Part shown: piece after piece, positions 11,227-24,400 of the stretch
Layout: each line of letters starts with the position of its first letter
Position numbering within the stretch: the first letter of the stretch is position 1
DNA from: Trichinella spiralis
Lineage: Eukaryota
Length of the DNA stretch: 64,000 nucleotides
Assembly: GCF_000181795.1 (NCBI RefSeq)
Contig: NW_003526940.1
Span: 761,570-825,569 of the forward strand
Direction: 5' to 3'
The notes under the pieces: model-generated
Told to the model about the DNA's origin: nothing
The model's database searches: none
Seen by the model: only the letters and a program-made list of their open reading frames with translations
Translations under genes and position numbers: made by a program

Positions 11227-14200
11227 CCTCCCCCCAGTTCTTCAGATGCTTAGTCGATTGGGGCGCTTTCAGACACGGTTTGATCGACGTGGCTTCTGAA
11301 GAACTTCATCCTGCTTCATGGTGACGCTTCCATCTGGTTTATGCTCCCTGTCGTCTGTTTCTGCGGCGGTCCAACTGCTTTCTGTGTGGACTGTCGCTTT
11401 AGAACTCTCCACACTTCACTTATGTGGCGTGCTTATTTGATATTGGAAAATGTTCGATGCTTTGATGTCTTGAGCATTTTCATCAGCTGGGTTTGGTGAA
11501 TTTCCTGTTGGCAATGCTTCATCCAGTAACGAACCCATCTCATTATCTTTTTCCTCCTGACCGTCAGCAATCCCTGTGTTTCTGTGACGCATTTGGTTCG
11601 TATGCCGTTTCCATCTAATCCTTCCGACTTCAACAAACCGCATCACCTGTCCTTGCTGCCCGACTATTACTCCTTCCCGCCATAATTTTCGATCACGCGT
11701 GTAGTCGTGAACCATGACTGTTTCACTGATCTTGAATTGACGATCTGCACGGTTTCCTGAAGTGTTCTCCATTTTCCTCTTCTGTTCCTCCAGATTCTCA
11801 ATTCCCTTTGGAAACATGAGATCAAGCACAGTTCTTATTCGTCTTTTCAGAAACATCTCAGATGGCGTTAACTCTGTACTCTGATCATTTGTCGATTTTT
11901 TCAATGCTCGCTTGAAGGTGTCAATGAATATTTCCACTTGACCATTCGACTGTGCATGGTACGGCACTGATGTCACATGACGAATTCCATTTTCTGCACA
12001 AAAAATTGTGAACTGTGTAGCCGTAAACTGCTTTCCGTTATCTGAAACGAGGACTTCTGGGAACCCAAACCGCGCGAGAACGGTCTTCAATGATTCGATG
12101 GTTAGCTCTGTTGTTAGATGCGGCATATGCAGCACTTCTGGCCACTTTGAATGAGCATCCACCACAATCATGAACATTTTTCCGTTTACAGGTCCCGCGA
12201 AATCAACATAAATCCTTTTCCATGGCCTGTCAGCTACTTCCCATGGCTTAACTACCACCTTTGCTGGATTCTTCAGTGCAGTAGCGCATCCTTCGCAACT
12301 CTGCGCTTTCATTTCAATGTCCTTGTTCATCGCTGGCCACCAACAAAATTGCCTTGCCATTGATACCATCCGCTCTCTGCCTGGATGTGTTTCATGCAGT
12401 TTCATCAGCACTCTTGATCGCAATTTCATCAGGATTACCGTCCTTATTCCCCATAAGAGGCATCCATATGATACGCTCAGTTCGGTGCGTTTAATGAAAT
12501 AACTGCGCAGCTCTTCCCTAGGGCATTTCTCAGGCCAGCCCGATAGAACAAATTGTTTCACTTGCTTAAGCAGCACACTGTCTTTCTCGGTTGCTTCAGC
12601 AATTACTCTGGCGGTGACCGGTAACTCCGCCTGCAATTCCACAATCAATTGTTTCACTGTTAATTCATCTTCAGCCTCTCGATGGTCAAAATTTGCTTCA
12701 AATAACTCGTCGCTTGACGAGGGAAGTCTGGACAAACAGTCAGCTTGACAAAAGTTTTTCATGCTGCGATATTCAATATCAAACGAGTAATTCATTAGCG
12801 CAATTGCCCACCTTGTCAAATGGCATGCAGCCATTTGCGGTACAACTTTCTTTGAACCGAATATTGAGACAAGAGGTTTGTGATCAGTTAATAATGTAAA
12901 GCGTCGTCCCCACAGATACTTGTGAAACTTCTTCACTCCGTACACAAGTGCCAGCGCCTCTTTTTCAATTTGTCCGTGGTTCCTTTGAGCAGCACTGAGC
13001 GTCTTTGAGGCATGAGCGATCACTTTAACAGTTCCATCGCTGAGCCTATGATATACGACAGCTCCAATGCCTTCATTTGATGTATCCGCTGCTAGCACAA
13101 TGGGCCACTCTGGGTGATAGTGCGTGAGCAGGAGGGGTGAATTCAACAACCGTTTTCTCTTTCCACCGCTTTTGTGTGCTCTCCTGTCCAATTCCAGCGC
13201 GCGTCTTTCCTGAGTAACTGATTTAGAGGGCTACACAACTCCACCAATTTGGGTACGAACTCAGTGTAATAGTTACACATACTAAGGAAAGACCGCAGTT
13301 TCGCAATGTTCGTGGGCAATGGCATATTAACAATAGCTGCCGTCTTCTTTGGGTCTGCTCAGATACCCTTCGAACTAAGAATGTGACCCAGATACTCGAC
13401 TTCTCTTTGGAAGAAGATACACTTCTCCTTGTGAATCCGCAATCCAAATTCCTTCAATCGACCCAGAACTAACTTCAGCGTCCTCCGGTGCTCATCATCG
13501 GTTGCCCCCGTTAAGATGATATCATCCAAGTACGCTGCAACGTTAGGAATGCCTGCTAACATTGTATCCATTACCTTTTGGAAAATCGCTGGTGCTGAAG
13601 CCACACCGAATGGCAGTCTGTTGTAGTGATACAGTCCTTTGTGTGTATTGATAACCAGAATCCTCTTGGATTCCTCATCCAGCTCAACTTGTAAATACGC
13701 TTCTGATAAGTCCAATTTGGAAAATGTTTTCCCACCTCTCAATGCCTGGTAGAGATTTTCAGGCCTCAAAATTGGGTATGAGTCAACCATCAGTCGATCA
13801 TTTAGTCCTATGGAGAAATCGGCGCATATTCGAATCTTACCATTCGGGTTTTTACCGTGACGATAGGGGCAGCCCAAGCTGATCTGTCAATTGGGATTAG
13901 CACACCCATGTCAACATATCGCTCTAACTCTTTTTCCACTGCATCATGCATTGTGAATGCCAATGGAAAGGTTTTCGAAATAGTGGTACAACTCCATCCC
14001 TCAGCTCAACGTGTGCCTTTACCTTTGTACAATGCTGAAGGCCATCTTCAAACACAACTGGAAATTCAGCGCACACGTCATTTTGTGTACGCGACTCAAC
14101 TGCATTAACTTCCTTCTTATTTGCAAGGAGAGAGCGAAGAGTTTCAGCTGCTCTGAATGCGTTGATCCAATCCTGACCCATCACATTGGTCACTCCGTTT

Positions 14201-15420
14201 TTGGCCACTCGAACAATAGCTTTCTCGTACCTGTGTTGCCTTCTACCGTCACCATCGTCTCCCCTTTTAGGTTCACCTCGTGCCCCGTGAAACTACGCAA
14301 CATCACTGTTGCCCTTTTTCGTTTCAGGCTGTCTATGATCTTCCATCATTCCGGCCTCACGATGGTAACTGCGGTTCCAGTGTCCAGCTCCATTCGAGTT
14401 GACTTACCGTTGATTTTAACGGTGACTTCAAAATTGCGTGCGCGTTCCTTAACGGCATAGACGCCATCCGCATATAACTTGTGATCTTTCCAGCTGTTCT
14501 GAGGTCGCTGTTTTTCAGACTTTCCTAGTTTCTGAGGGTGCTTACACACTTTTGCCAGATCGCCTTGCTTCCGACACTTGAAATACTTTGAGCCTTGGAA
14601 CTTGCATTTTCTTGCAAAATGTCATGCTTCTCCACAGCAGTAACATACACTCGAAACGCCTCTGGGCTTTAAGCCCCTCGTTTCTTAGACTGCGTGACAC
14701 TCTTGCATAGTACTCCTACTATTGCAACCATGAATTTCTTCGTACATCTCTAGAAAGCTCAGTGCTTCATCTAGATTGATATTTTCCTTAGCTAATAAAC
14801 GTAGCTGTATTTCTTCATTTTTCATGCCATTGATAAACTGTAGCACTAATGCTGCTTCCGTGTTAAACGTCTCTAAGATGCAGTGACCTGCGGCCTCACG
14901 TAAACTATTAGCAAACTGTTTCGGGGTTTGATGATCTGTCTGCGTGATGCGGAAAAAGTTCGCTCTTTCATGCATCAAAATTACTCGTCGTCCGTACAGC
15001 TCCTTCATCTTCACCACACATTCATCATACGTGAAGTGGGATACGTGAAGTGGATAATTTATAATGGGAGACACTATCGTCATAACTCCTCAAATGCTTT
15101 AGGTGTTAACGACGCTAAGAGACAACTTCGCATCAAATTCGAGTCGCTGATGAAGTTTATCTCAGGATAACTGCGAAATTGCAGTATCCACGTGTCCCAG
15201 GTTCCTTCTTCAGGATTGAAAGGATGATGTGCATCAATGGGAAATGTGGCAGTTCCCATCATTTGAACTGACTCTGTGCTCTGCTGAGCAGGTAACATCG
15301 ACTTTTATTCCTTCATCTCTGCCACCTGCTCTTGTGATCCGTTCAATACTGCTTTTTGATGATTCTCTGTCCTCGCACTTTTCACAAGCTCACTCGCAAA
15401 TTCATATCCTTATCGCCAGT

Positions 15421-15629
15421 TGTTATAGCTCCGAGTCCGTGGTTATTCCGTAAGCTGATGCACAACAAGAACAGAAACAATAAACGTTTATTAGCCAATA
15501 ACAAACAAAAATGTACATACTAAAATGAAGAGAGTTCAATCAATCTTTTATATACTTTTCGTGACTGTATACTGTAGATGTTCAGGTTCGGTGTATAGAT
15601 GTTTCCGCCTGTGGCTCCATTCCATAACA
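15421..15629 (-). repeat. 5' LTR of the Gypsy element
   Basis: TGTTAT...ATAACA termini, minus-strand TATATAAAAG, adjacent PBS. Confidence 0.93.
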
Positions 15630-16991
15630 ATTCCCTTCGTTCTTTTTGCAATTACTGTAATCTGGATATGGTATATTTAGTATAAATATCTGCAAATTCA
15701 TTCAAAATGGCCTTCATATTATTATTCTGTGTTACATAAAATTATCATTTTGCACCCTCTTTAAAAATTCATAGCGCAGATTAGCCGTTGGAAAATTATG
15801 TTCGAATTGCATGCTACAGTATTCTAAACTGATAATAAGTGAATCTAAGAACGACAAAAAAAGGAAATTGAATCACCATCAAAACAGACTTCCTATGTCA
15901 TTGCAGCCAGCATTATTCTCAAAGAAATCATCAAATATCAGGTAAAAATGGATACAACGTCTCAGCAATTACAAGCTCAACAAATAACATTTATATTCAC
16001 ATTCAAATAATAATAAAAATAATTCCGCAGGCGGAACGACAAATATATTCGAGTATTAGAAGCCACTTTTGGATTATTATGAGGTGGAGAAACAAATTGC
16101 TGAATTTTCTGCATAATAAATATTAAATGTAAAGATGGAAGTAACGCGAATTAGATAACTAAGTAATGAATAACAAATGGAATTTATTCTGAACAATCCA
16201 TTCTTTTTTCCCCTTTTTTGTACACTTATAGAATTTCATCCAATTTTGTAAATTATATTGATTCCTTAATGTTTTAACTTTCTCTTACACATTCATAAAC
16301 AATAGATTGCATGAATCGACATCATGCACATATAGTGATTTCACAAAAAGTAAATCACAAATAAAACAAATTTCAGAAGCAGAAAAATAAACTATTAATG
16401 TAAAGTATGTTATAAGTATATTTTAAATATTAAAAAGGTTCTTAAAATGATATTTACCATATTTTATGTAGTGCCATGAACTTTAATTATTTTACATTTT
16501 TTGTAGTCACAGTAACCCACGTAGTCATAGTTTGTCTTGTTTTTCTTGCTGTTTTTGCTTTTGACAGTAGTAATCTGTTATAGATAAACTGATCAACTAA
16601 TTAGTATTTAGAATATTATTTATTTTACGTTATCATTGTCAAATTTAATACATTATATAGTATTATATAAATGAAATACATATAGTAATATATATCATCA
16701 TATACAATGTAACGTATTATAATTTCATTTAATGAATTTAATTATTTAATTTCATTTAATCTTTATTAATCTTTGTTAAAATGCTTTTAATAAGTAACAT
16801 TTATTTTAATTGTTATAATTGTGATCGTGTTGTGTGAATTGCTTACATGTTTACATGTTGGAACTCTATGTTTGTCATTATGCATATAGTTATCTAGTTT
16901 TAAATTAACGTATTTATTTCTTTTGTCTGAATAAACGATATTGTAAATTTGTTGGCAAAACGTTGAATATTATGTTTCTTTTTTAGATTAA

Positions 16992-19508
16992 ATGTCACTG
17001 TCAGATCCACTGCACCAAAGGGTGTACGCAGTGTTAAAATCATTTCCAAGTGGTGCGACTGAACCAGAATTCATATCAGAATTTAAATTGCACATTCGAT
17101 ATGATGTTCCATTTAAGAGTTATGGATTTGCATCACTGAAAGATTTTATAGCTAGTGCACCTAATTTATATGAGATAAAATGGTAAAATATTTTTATTTC
17201 ATAAACATTTCAAATAATGAGGTAGATCAGTGTTTCCCAAACTTTTTCAGACTATCGCCCCCTTGAGAGACATATATTTTTCAAACGCCCCCCCCAAATT
17301 ACTGTCAAAAAATAATGAATTTTTAAACAGACTATTTATTCAAATCGAATGTTCTTTCAAAAATAATCATATAGTGAGAAAATAATTAATGTAATAGATG
17401 GGGTTGGTGCATTGCGACAAATCTGTCTACATTGGGTTCAATGTTGGTAAGGAACAGTCGTAAATCATCACGTTTGTCGATTTGCAGTCAGTTTCTTTTC
17501 TTTGTTAGAAAATCAGTGACCACACTGAAGCCACGCTCAACTAAATAGGAAGATGGGAAGGCGGGTAGGAACTTTCTCACGATTCTCTATAAACCGGGAT
17601 AGAGGTCAGGTATTTGTTTTTGCAACCAGAAAGAATGATATCCGTTCTTAAACTTCAGCTCTAACTCTTTATTGGTTTGTAAATCAATTAATTCCTCTTC
17701 TAATTCCATTTCGATCCATTACTGTTTGAAAATAGGTCTATCACCCAATTTATAATCTTCATTTTGAGAATATCTTGAAATCTTTCTTGCATGTCCTTTT
17801 GTAGCACATCAAAATGATCACAATAGATTTGAATGTCATCATCATGTACTTCTCCATTTTCCCTGAGTGCAGCAACGCTTGGAAATTGATAAAATTCTCT
17901 GCCCCCAAGGTTGCGTTTGAACAAAGCCAGCTTTGATGTGAATGATGAAATGAGAGATCTCGTCTTTATTAGATTAAGTTTGCTTCCTTGCAGTTGCAGA
18001 TTAAGTTCATTAAATTTGGAAAATAAATCAGCCATATATGCCATGTCACTTTTGCACTTCTTCAAGCTGTCTCTTAGTGAAGGGTGTTTGTTTTGAACGA
18101 ATTCCAAAATGGTTTCAAAAAGCTCATAAAAGCGACTTAAACAAGCACTTTTCGATAACCACCGGACTTCAGTGCGCATCTGCAGGCGATTGAATTTTTC
18201 GTCATTTTCTTCGCAAAACTGGCTGAATAATCTGTCATTTAAAAGAATGCTTCTGATTTTGTTTATTGCCGCAATGACGTATCCCAAAGAGCAATGCAAA
18301 CGTTCAGTACGGTGCTTTGCAACTAGATGTTGTCTGCGAATTGCGCAATGCACCGCCAGTACATCCGGCACTGAGTCTTTCCTAGTAGGTTCCTACTCGC
18401 CTTCCCATTTTCCTACTTAGTTGAACGTAACTTCAGTGCGGTGACTGATTTCCAGGCTACTCAGATAAAAACAACCAACAAGGTCACATGGACCAACAAC
18501 TGCTAAATTAAACAATTTCACATCCACAATTACTACATAATCGCTCCATGTCAATCAGGAGCGCAGTCAAGCCACCATCGCAAATATAAATATGAACGAA
18601 GAAGATGAAGAAGACACATTTCACATTAAGCACAAAATAATTAATCAATATTCTTAAATATTAATATAAACACAAAACATAAAACATTGTGTTCAAGCGC
18701 CCCCTCCAATGTGCTCCATTATTTTCCAGCGACTCCCAAGTCCCCCTTAATTTCCACCGCCCCTTTCCAGTCTTCCACCGCCCCCAAGGGGGCGATATCC
18801 CCCACTTTGGGAATCACTGATGTAGATGAACAGTCATCATAATATAAATAGTTATAATGCAGGTGAAGCGTACCTCTTTTTATTCCTTTATTTTTTAGTG
18901 TATTTTTGCTAGTTTTAATTAAAAAATAATGTCTATGTAATTATATGCAATTCGTCGGTGCAATTTGTTCTCAACTGTTGCTTAACTCAGTTAGCGTTTT
19001 TTCTATAATTATTTTGATTATATTAGAAGCATGGTATAAAATGAAAGTAAAATTTTAGATTTATTATTTAGCGCTGCATGATTTGATTTATTTTTTTATA
19101 ATATATGCAGCACTGATGATGGTGATTAAATTTGGACAGTACCAAAATACTGAAAATGCTTTTACAGAACCATCTTGTACTTGTGAACAATTTTGCATTT
19201 TTTGAAGACAGTTGATTTATTTGAAAATTTTTTAGCAATTCTGCGGGTGATGTCCTGTACCGTGCGATTACCAATGATTCATTTTGTTTATATGACAGTT
19301 TAATGCCGATTCGACGAAGACATCATGACAGAAGGAATAAAGAATATTGGTAATTAAATATTTTTAATCCCATAATAAATGTTTAATTATTTACTTGTTT
19401 TTAATTTTCAGCTTTGATTATGCACCACCGACAGAGATTGCAAATTCGGCTAGTAGTAGTAGCTCATCTGAAGGAACAATTGATAAAACTGAAACAAATG
19501 TGAAGTAA
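16992..19508 (+). CDS. Small LOTUS (OST-HTH) domain protein, 3 exons (16992-17182, 19236-19349, 19412-19508), 133 aa
   Basis: RVYAVLKSFPSGATEPEFISEFKLHIRYDVPFKSYGFASLKDFIASAPNL is a LOTUS signature (P-F-x-x-x-G-F-x-S-L-x-x-F-x-x-S-x-P). Two phase-2 GT-AG introns splice in frame to CNSAGDVLYRAITNDS.. and CFDYAPP..NVK*. Confidence 0.78.
17228..18819 (-). mobile_element. hAT (Buster/Charlie-type) DNA transposon, internally deleted, in intron 1 of the LOTUS gene
   Basis: TIRs CAGTGTTTCCCAAA / CAGTGATTCCCAAA. 8-bp TSD AGGTAGAT / ATGTAGAT with central TA. Remnant VHCAIRRQHLVAK..TEVRWLSK..MAYMADLFSKFNELNLQLQG..FPSSYLVERGFS. Confidence 0.92.
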
Positions 19509-20002
19509 ATATCTGAAATATCATATATTGCTAGCTGTTAGTCAGTCCAATTCTTTTAATATTAAAGTGCATAATTGAAATTTTCACACTGATATTGTAA
19601 AAAATGCCATGTGTTGATGTCTTATTTGCACCAACTTTTATAAAACAAGTGTAATAATTGTATGTCACAATTTCAGCAACATTCTGCAATGTACTTCTGC
19701 TACTAATGCCAACAAAGCCTCAAACAGAGATCACCAAAAATAATCACCGCCCCAGCTATGCCGCTTTCACGTAATTCTGAGCACTTGCGAAGACGTTTTG
19801 GATGGAGCTGTTGGAAACAACTTGCAGTAGTATTCTTTCATAGGTATAGGCACTGCTGAGATTCACAGATTCAAAGAAATGTTCAACCAATCTTGCTATC
19901 ACTTTTGGGTATTCATATGACACTGTCTTGGGGTGTCTCATGCAGACGTCCTGTAATAATTCCTTTGGTTGACTGCTTGTCACGTTTACGCTGAGCAGGA
20001 AG

Positions 20003-20480
20003 CATATTATCTGATCAAACATGGATCAGCAGCCTCCACTTTAGTTTATCGAACTAATTATCTCATCTTGAAACAGCAACACAATAGATAAAAATAAAAA
20101 TGATAATCACAACGTGCTACCAACAACCATAGCGATTGACGACACCACGAGCGACAAGCAGCTGCACGTCATCATAACCACCCCACGTCAGAAACCTACC
20201 GTAAAATTCCTGAAGCAGTGAATCTTATTAACTGGAAACATATTATCTGATTGAACATGGATCAGCAGCCTCCACTTCAGTTCATCGAACTAATTATCTC
20301 ATTTTCAAACAACAACATAATAAATAAAAATACTTATTAAAACTTTCTACAATCACCCACAATAATCAGCCACACCACAAGCGACACACAAACAATCGTG
20401 AACACGACCACCGGAATTGCATTACCTTACGTCCAAACCTACTGTAAGTTTTATGATAATCGGGGAGCAGTGAATCCTAT
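20003..20480. repeat. Degenerate tandem duplication, unit about 236-250 bp
   Basis: CATATTATCTGAT..CATGGATCAGCAGCCTCCACT..GAACTAATTATCTCAT at 20003 and 20239; AAACCTAC.GTAA..AGCAGTGAATC near 20192 and 20434. Confidence 0.75.
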
Positions 20481-20981
20481 CTACTGATAAGATTATAGAT
20501 CTTCGTTTTGTAGCAGCATTTTTTCTGCCGTACGCATAATGAGTGGTGTTAAAACTTTCATGCCTCTGGGTAATGAGAACGTGGGAATTTGTAACAATGG
20601 TAATCAGATCTAAATTGATGCGACTTCAATGATATTTTTATTATTGTACTTTTATTGCTTTTCTTGCTTACAATGAAGAAAACTAGCAGTATCACTTATT
20701 TTAGGATTAAATTAGTAACAGAATCATAGCTCTACATAAAAATTGCAAATATTTTGAAATTAGCACTTTAAAGTCAAGTAAAATTTAAACAAGTGTTTTA
20801 AAATGCATTAAAGCACCATTTAATCTGAAACACACATGAAAGCATTGTTTAGCGTGAAATCCTTCACTTCTTCTTTAGCCGTTGTACTAAAAGGTGTGCA
20901 TACAAGAAACACTTGTAGGTAGGATTTTGAAAATGTGATATTTACATATCTTTATTTAGGTTTAGCATACGAAAATCAAAG

Positions 20982-22707
20982 ATGATCCAGCACTTGCAGA
21001 AAAACTTAAGTATTATTTTTGTAACGTTGATTTTATCCGCTAACTGCATTTTTGATGAGAATGAAAATTATGTTGATGAAGAAAAAAGAGAAGAAAATTT
21101 ATTTTCAGCTGATATTGCATTAATTATGGATAGCAGCAAAATCATCTCTGATAGTCTGTTTGAGAAAGAAAAAGAACTGATAAAACGCCTGGCTGAAGTT
21201 GTTTCTGGTAACAACTATAATGTTCACATTGCTGTTATACAGTATTCAATGAAATTTACAAAACAGTACTTGCCAGCTTACACTGTTTTCAATCTTGATC
21301 GCATAAAAGACACTGGTAAGTAGAATTTTCTACAATATTACTGACTTTTGAAAATTGTTTATTTGTTTCTCCACTTTAAAAGATTTCAATTATAAAGAAA
21401 TGTTCATTTTGATTTAATCTGTAAAGTACTTTATAATTTTATTAAAACGTATTTGTTGTATTTCAGAAAATTTTTCTAACTTGATTGATAACATAAAACA
21501 ATCAAATTGGTTAGTAAACATTAGTGACGCACTGCGATTATGCGAAATGAATGTTTTTAATTCACTTAATCGTGACAGACCGCATGTACCAAATTTCATT
21601 ATCCTTTTTGTATACGGTACCACGTTTGTAGAAGATGATCTACCTCATTATTGGGCATACAGAATTAAAAATGCTGGTCATCACATCTTGGTCATATCTA
21701 CTCGTGCTTACAACCATGAATCATATAATAAATTAATTGAACAGCATCGCTATTTTCAAAAAAGTGTAGCCACTCAACCAATGTTGTATTTCATGCTGGA
21801 TCAATTCTCTGACATGAAAAAATTTTCAAAGTTACTGTTGTTGAGAATGTTTTCAATTGTTAATGGAACATTACCTATTTCACTGATGACAACAACAAAT
21901 TCTTTCTCAGTATCTACATTTTCAAATGAAGAACCATCTGCTGAAGGAATTAGTACAGCTATTACAAATCAGCATTTAAATAATGAAATAGATTTACATC
22001 TGCTTAATGAAACTACATTGAATGCAACCAACTTGACATTGCATATCAATGAAAGTATTTCAAAGGAAAAGCCAACGGTGAAATCGCTTGAATCACTTGA
22101 ATCTAATTTGAACGAAAATTGGAATGGCTTTAAAAATTTTAATTTGAATGAAATCTCATCTGAATATTCTAAATCTATTACAGTGCCAAATATTGTTTCT
22201 TTTGAAAAAAATACAACACAGTTTACTCTAGTTGATGAAGAACTAAAAAATATTTCATTTAAATTTGAAAACAGGACGGAAAACAGTTCTGAAGGAGTTT
22301 TGCGCAATGTTACAGCAGGTACTCTGGATTACACAGATACTCAAAATGTGTTTAGAAAAAATGTAAGGAAAGCACCGTATTGGTATTTGCTTTTTATTTT
22401 GCCCATTTTTGCTGCTTGCTTGCTCCCCTTTGTGATACATTTAAGAGAAAAGCATTGGAAGCTACGCAAAATAGGGAAAAAAAAGGAAATTGATAATGAT
22501 GAAGATGTCGATGGTGATTTTCTGGATGCTATGCACTTTAGCATTGACTATAGAGGTAAATAAATTATAACTTTGAATTACTTTAAGTAAATTATATCAA
22601 TTTCAGTACTGTCATTACAAGGCGCAATTAGTGATGTGGAAGAATCGATGCTCGCTTGGAAAGAGTTTGTGGAATGTGAAAGTTCTAATACGTTTACAGA
22701 AAAATAA
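20982..22707 (+). CDS. vWA-domain type I membrane protein, 3 exons (20982-21315, 21467-22555, 22607-22707), 507 aa
   Basis: Signal-like N-terminus. vWA motifs ADIALIMDSS, HIAVIQYS and RPHVPNFIILFVYG. S/T/N-rich stalk with many N-x-S/T sites, TM segment YWYLLFILPIFAACLLPFVIHL, then a basic and acidic tail. Phase-1 introns are in frame. Confidence 0.82.
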
Positions 22708-23319
22708 CCGCTAACAAAAGTTTTAAAATTACATGAAATTTGATTTTTTTAAATTATTGCTATAATGGTTTAAATTAATTTTCTCAATCTGTTTGTTTAA
22801 ATAAATATCTTAGTAAATTTCATTCTACTCCAACGAACTTATCTTAACCGGTGGTCAGACTCTTGTTCAACCATCTTCGAATCAATCATCACGATTTGAC
22901 GTGACTTTGTGAGTTGTTTCTCGCTTCACGGCTGTTCAAGATAAAGTATCCAAAATCCTCGCCACGGGTAGATAAATATTTGTTATTACAAATAACACAC
23001 AGCAAATGCAATCCACACTCGTTCGCATTCCTGCAGTTTTTCTCAGCGTTTTTTCCTTATGCACTCTTCTCACCGCTTATCAGAATGCCATTCCTCAAGA
23101 TGGAAATAAAATATTAAAAATGTTTTTGTTATTATATTGATATATGTACTTTTACTTCGATTCATAGTGCAGTTTGCCATTTCAACAGACAAGCACTTCA
23201 ACAAAGAATAACAGGGTATTGTAATTCATTCCATTCTAATAAGCAGAATACTTAATGCGAAATAATGATTGTTTCTTCTTAGCCAATTCTGATATTCTCC
23301 AAAGGAGAGTGCTTGAAAG

Positions 23320-24400
23320 GGCACACTGTATGTCGTTTTCTACTTTAAATCTATTTTTTTTCTTTCATTTTTATTTTCAAGAGAGTTGAAGAACCAAATT
23401 CAGAATGGTACGCTGACACAAATGGAAGCAATGAATGGATAGATTTTCCTGCTACGTTTGGGTAAAAAGCACACACCAATGGCCAGAATTAAGTGACTGA
23501 TTTCTCTTCCAACATATCACTTGCAATTGAATCATTCTTCAGCTTCAAAAATTTATCTTGATACTCATCCGTAACCTTTCCAGTTAAAAATCTGAATGGA
23601 GTTCACACAAAAGCCACGTCGTTGTCACCAATAGGAAAATGTTGCCTGAATTCATTTTCAAATGCTCTCAAATGCTGCAAAATTTCATGTTTTGCAACAT
23701 TTCGAAGCATTTGGTCTTTACCATCAATAACAAAAACGGACAACAATTTCACAAACATTACAACATTATTGATACTGACATCCTTTGCTAAATTTCCAGC
23801 TTGCATACAAAAGCTTTAAAGGAATAAAAAACCTTTATGATGCTTATATTTTTTCCTTGCAGATGAAGATTCAGTTTATTTAGATGCTTGAAATTGTCGA
23901 CCAAATATGCAAGGCACATGATTTATGCCTCATCATTCACGTAGGCAACAAACTCCACCTTGCCCTGAACTTCAGAAAATAATTTGAGCTCATCTTTAAT
24001 CTAAAACACTCGCTCTGTTACCTTTCTCCTTGAAAGCTATCGAACATTTGTGTGGTAAAGAAGCAAGTGATGGTATGCATCCATTTCAAAACATAACTGA
24101 CTCAAGATTAGTGAGTTGAAGGCTCCTCCTTCGACAAAGTTCACATTTTTAACTAAAACCTTCCCTAATAAAGCTAGAAATATTTTTGAAGCTACTGCCT
24201 GGTGGTCGATCATGCAATAAATGCCTTTTACTTTCAGAGCCAGCTTTTTTACACAATCCTGAAATTCTGATTTTGCCGCGTAATGTGTCATCTGTACAGC
24301 ACCAGGTTCTGATTCAAAGAAGGTTGGCACTCTTTCCAAAATGGTTTGTTCTTTATCGGTCCCACTGTTCACTTATTGGTCGTTGACCACGCTATTTTAT
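23320..24400 (-). mobile_element. Decayed hAT (Buster/ZBED-like) transposase remnant; boundaries approximate
   Basis: Fragments IYCMIDHQAVASK, LLLYHTNVR*LSRRK, LAYLVDNFKHLNKLNLHLQG and LLPFVSAYHSEFGSSTL, with stops and frameshifts. TIRs not located. Confidence 0.78.

Larger units (their letters stand above)
11018..15629 (-). mobile_element. Full-length but decayed Ty3/Gypsy element, Mag-like clade (gag-PR-RT-RH-IN)
   Basis: Two 209-bp TG..CA LTRs and a 5-bp TSD ATTCC (11013-11017, 15630-15634). PBS TGGCGATAAGGAT after the 5' LTR; PPT GGGGGGAGG before the 3' LTR. Tandem CCHC knuckles near 14550-14640, protease ELDTGTAVT, RT YLDDII, RNase H LAADTSNEGIGAV, integrase HETH..CEGC, DFAG, SDNG. Frameshifts present. 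Confidence 0.95.
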
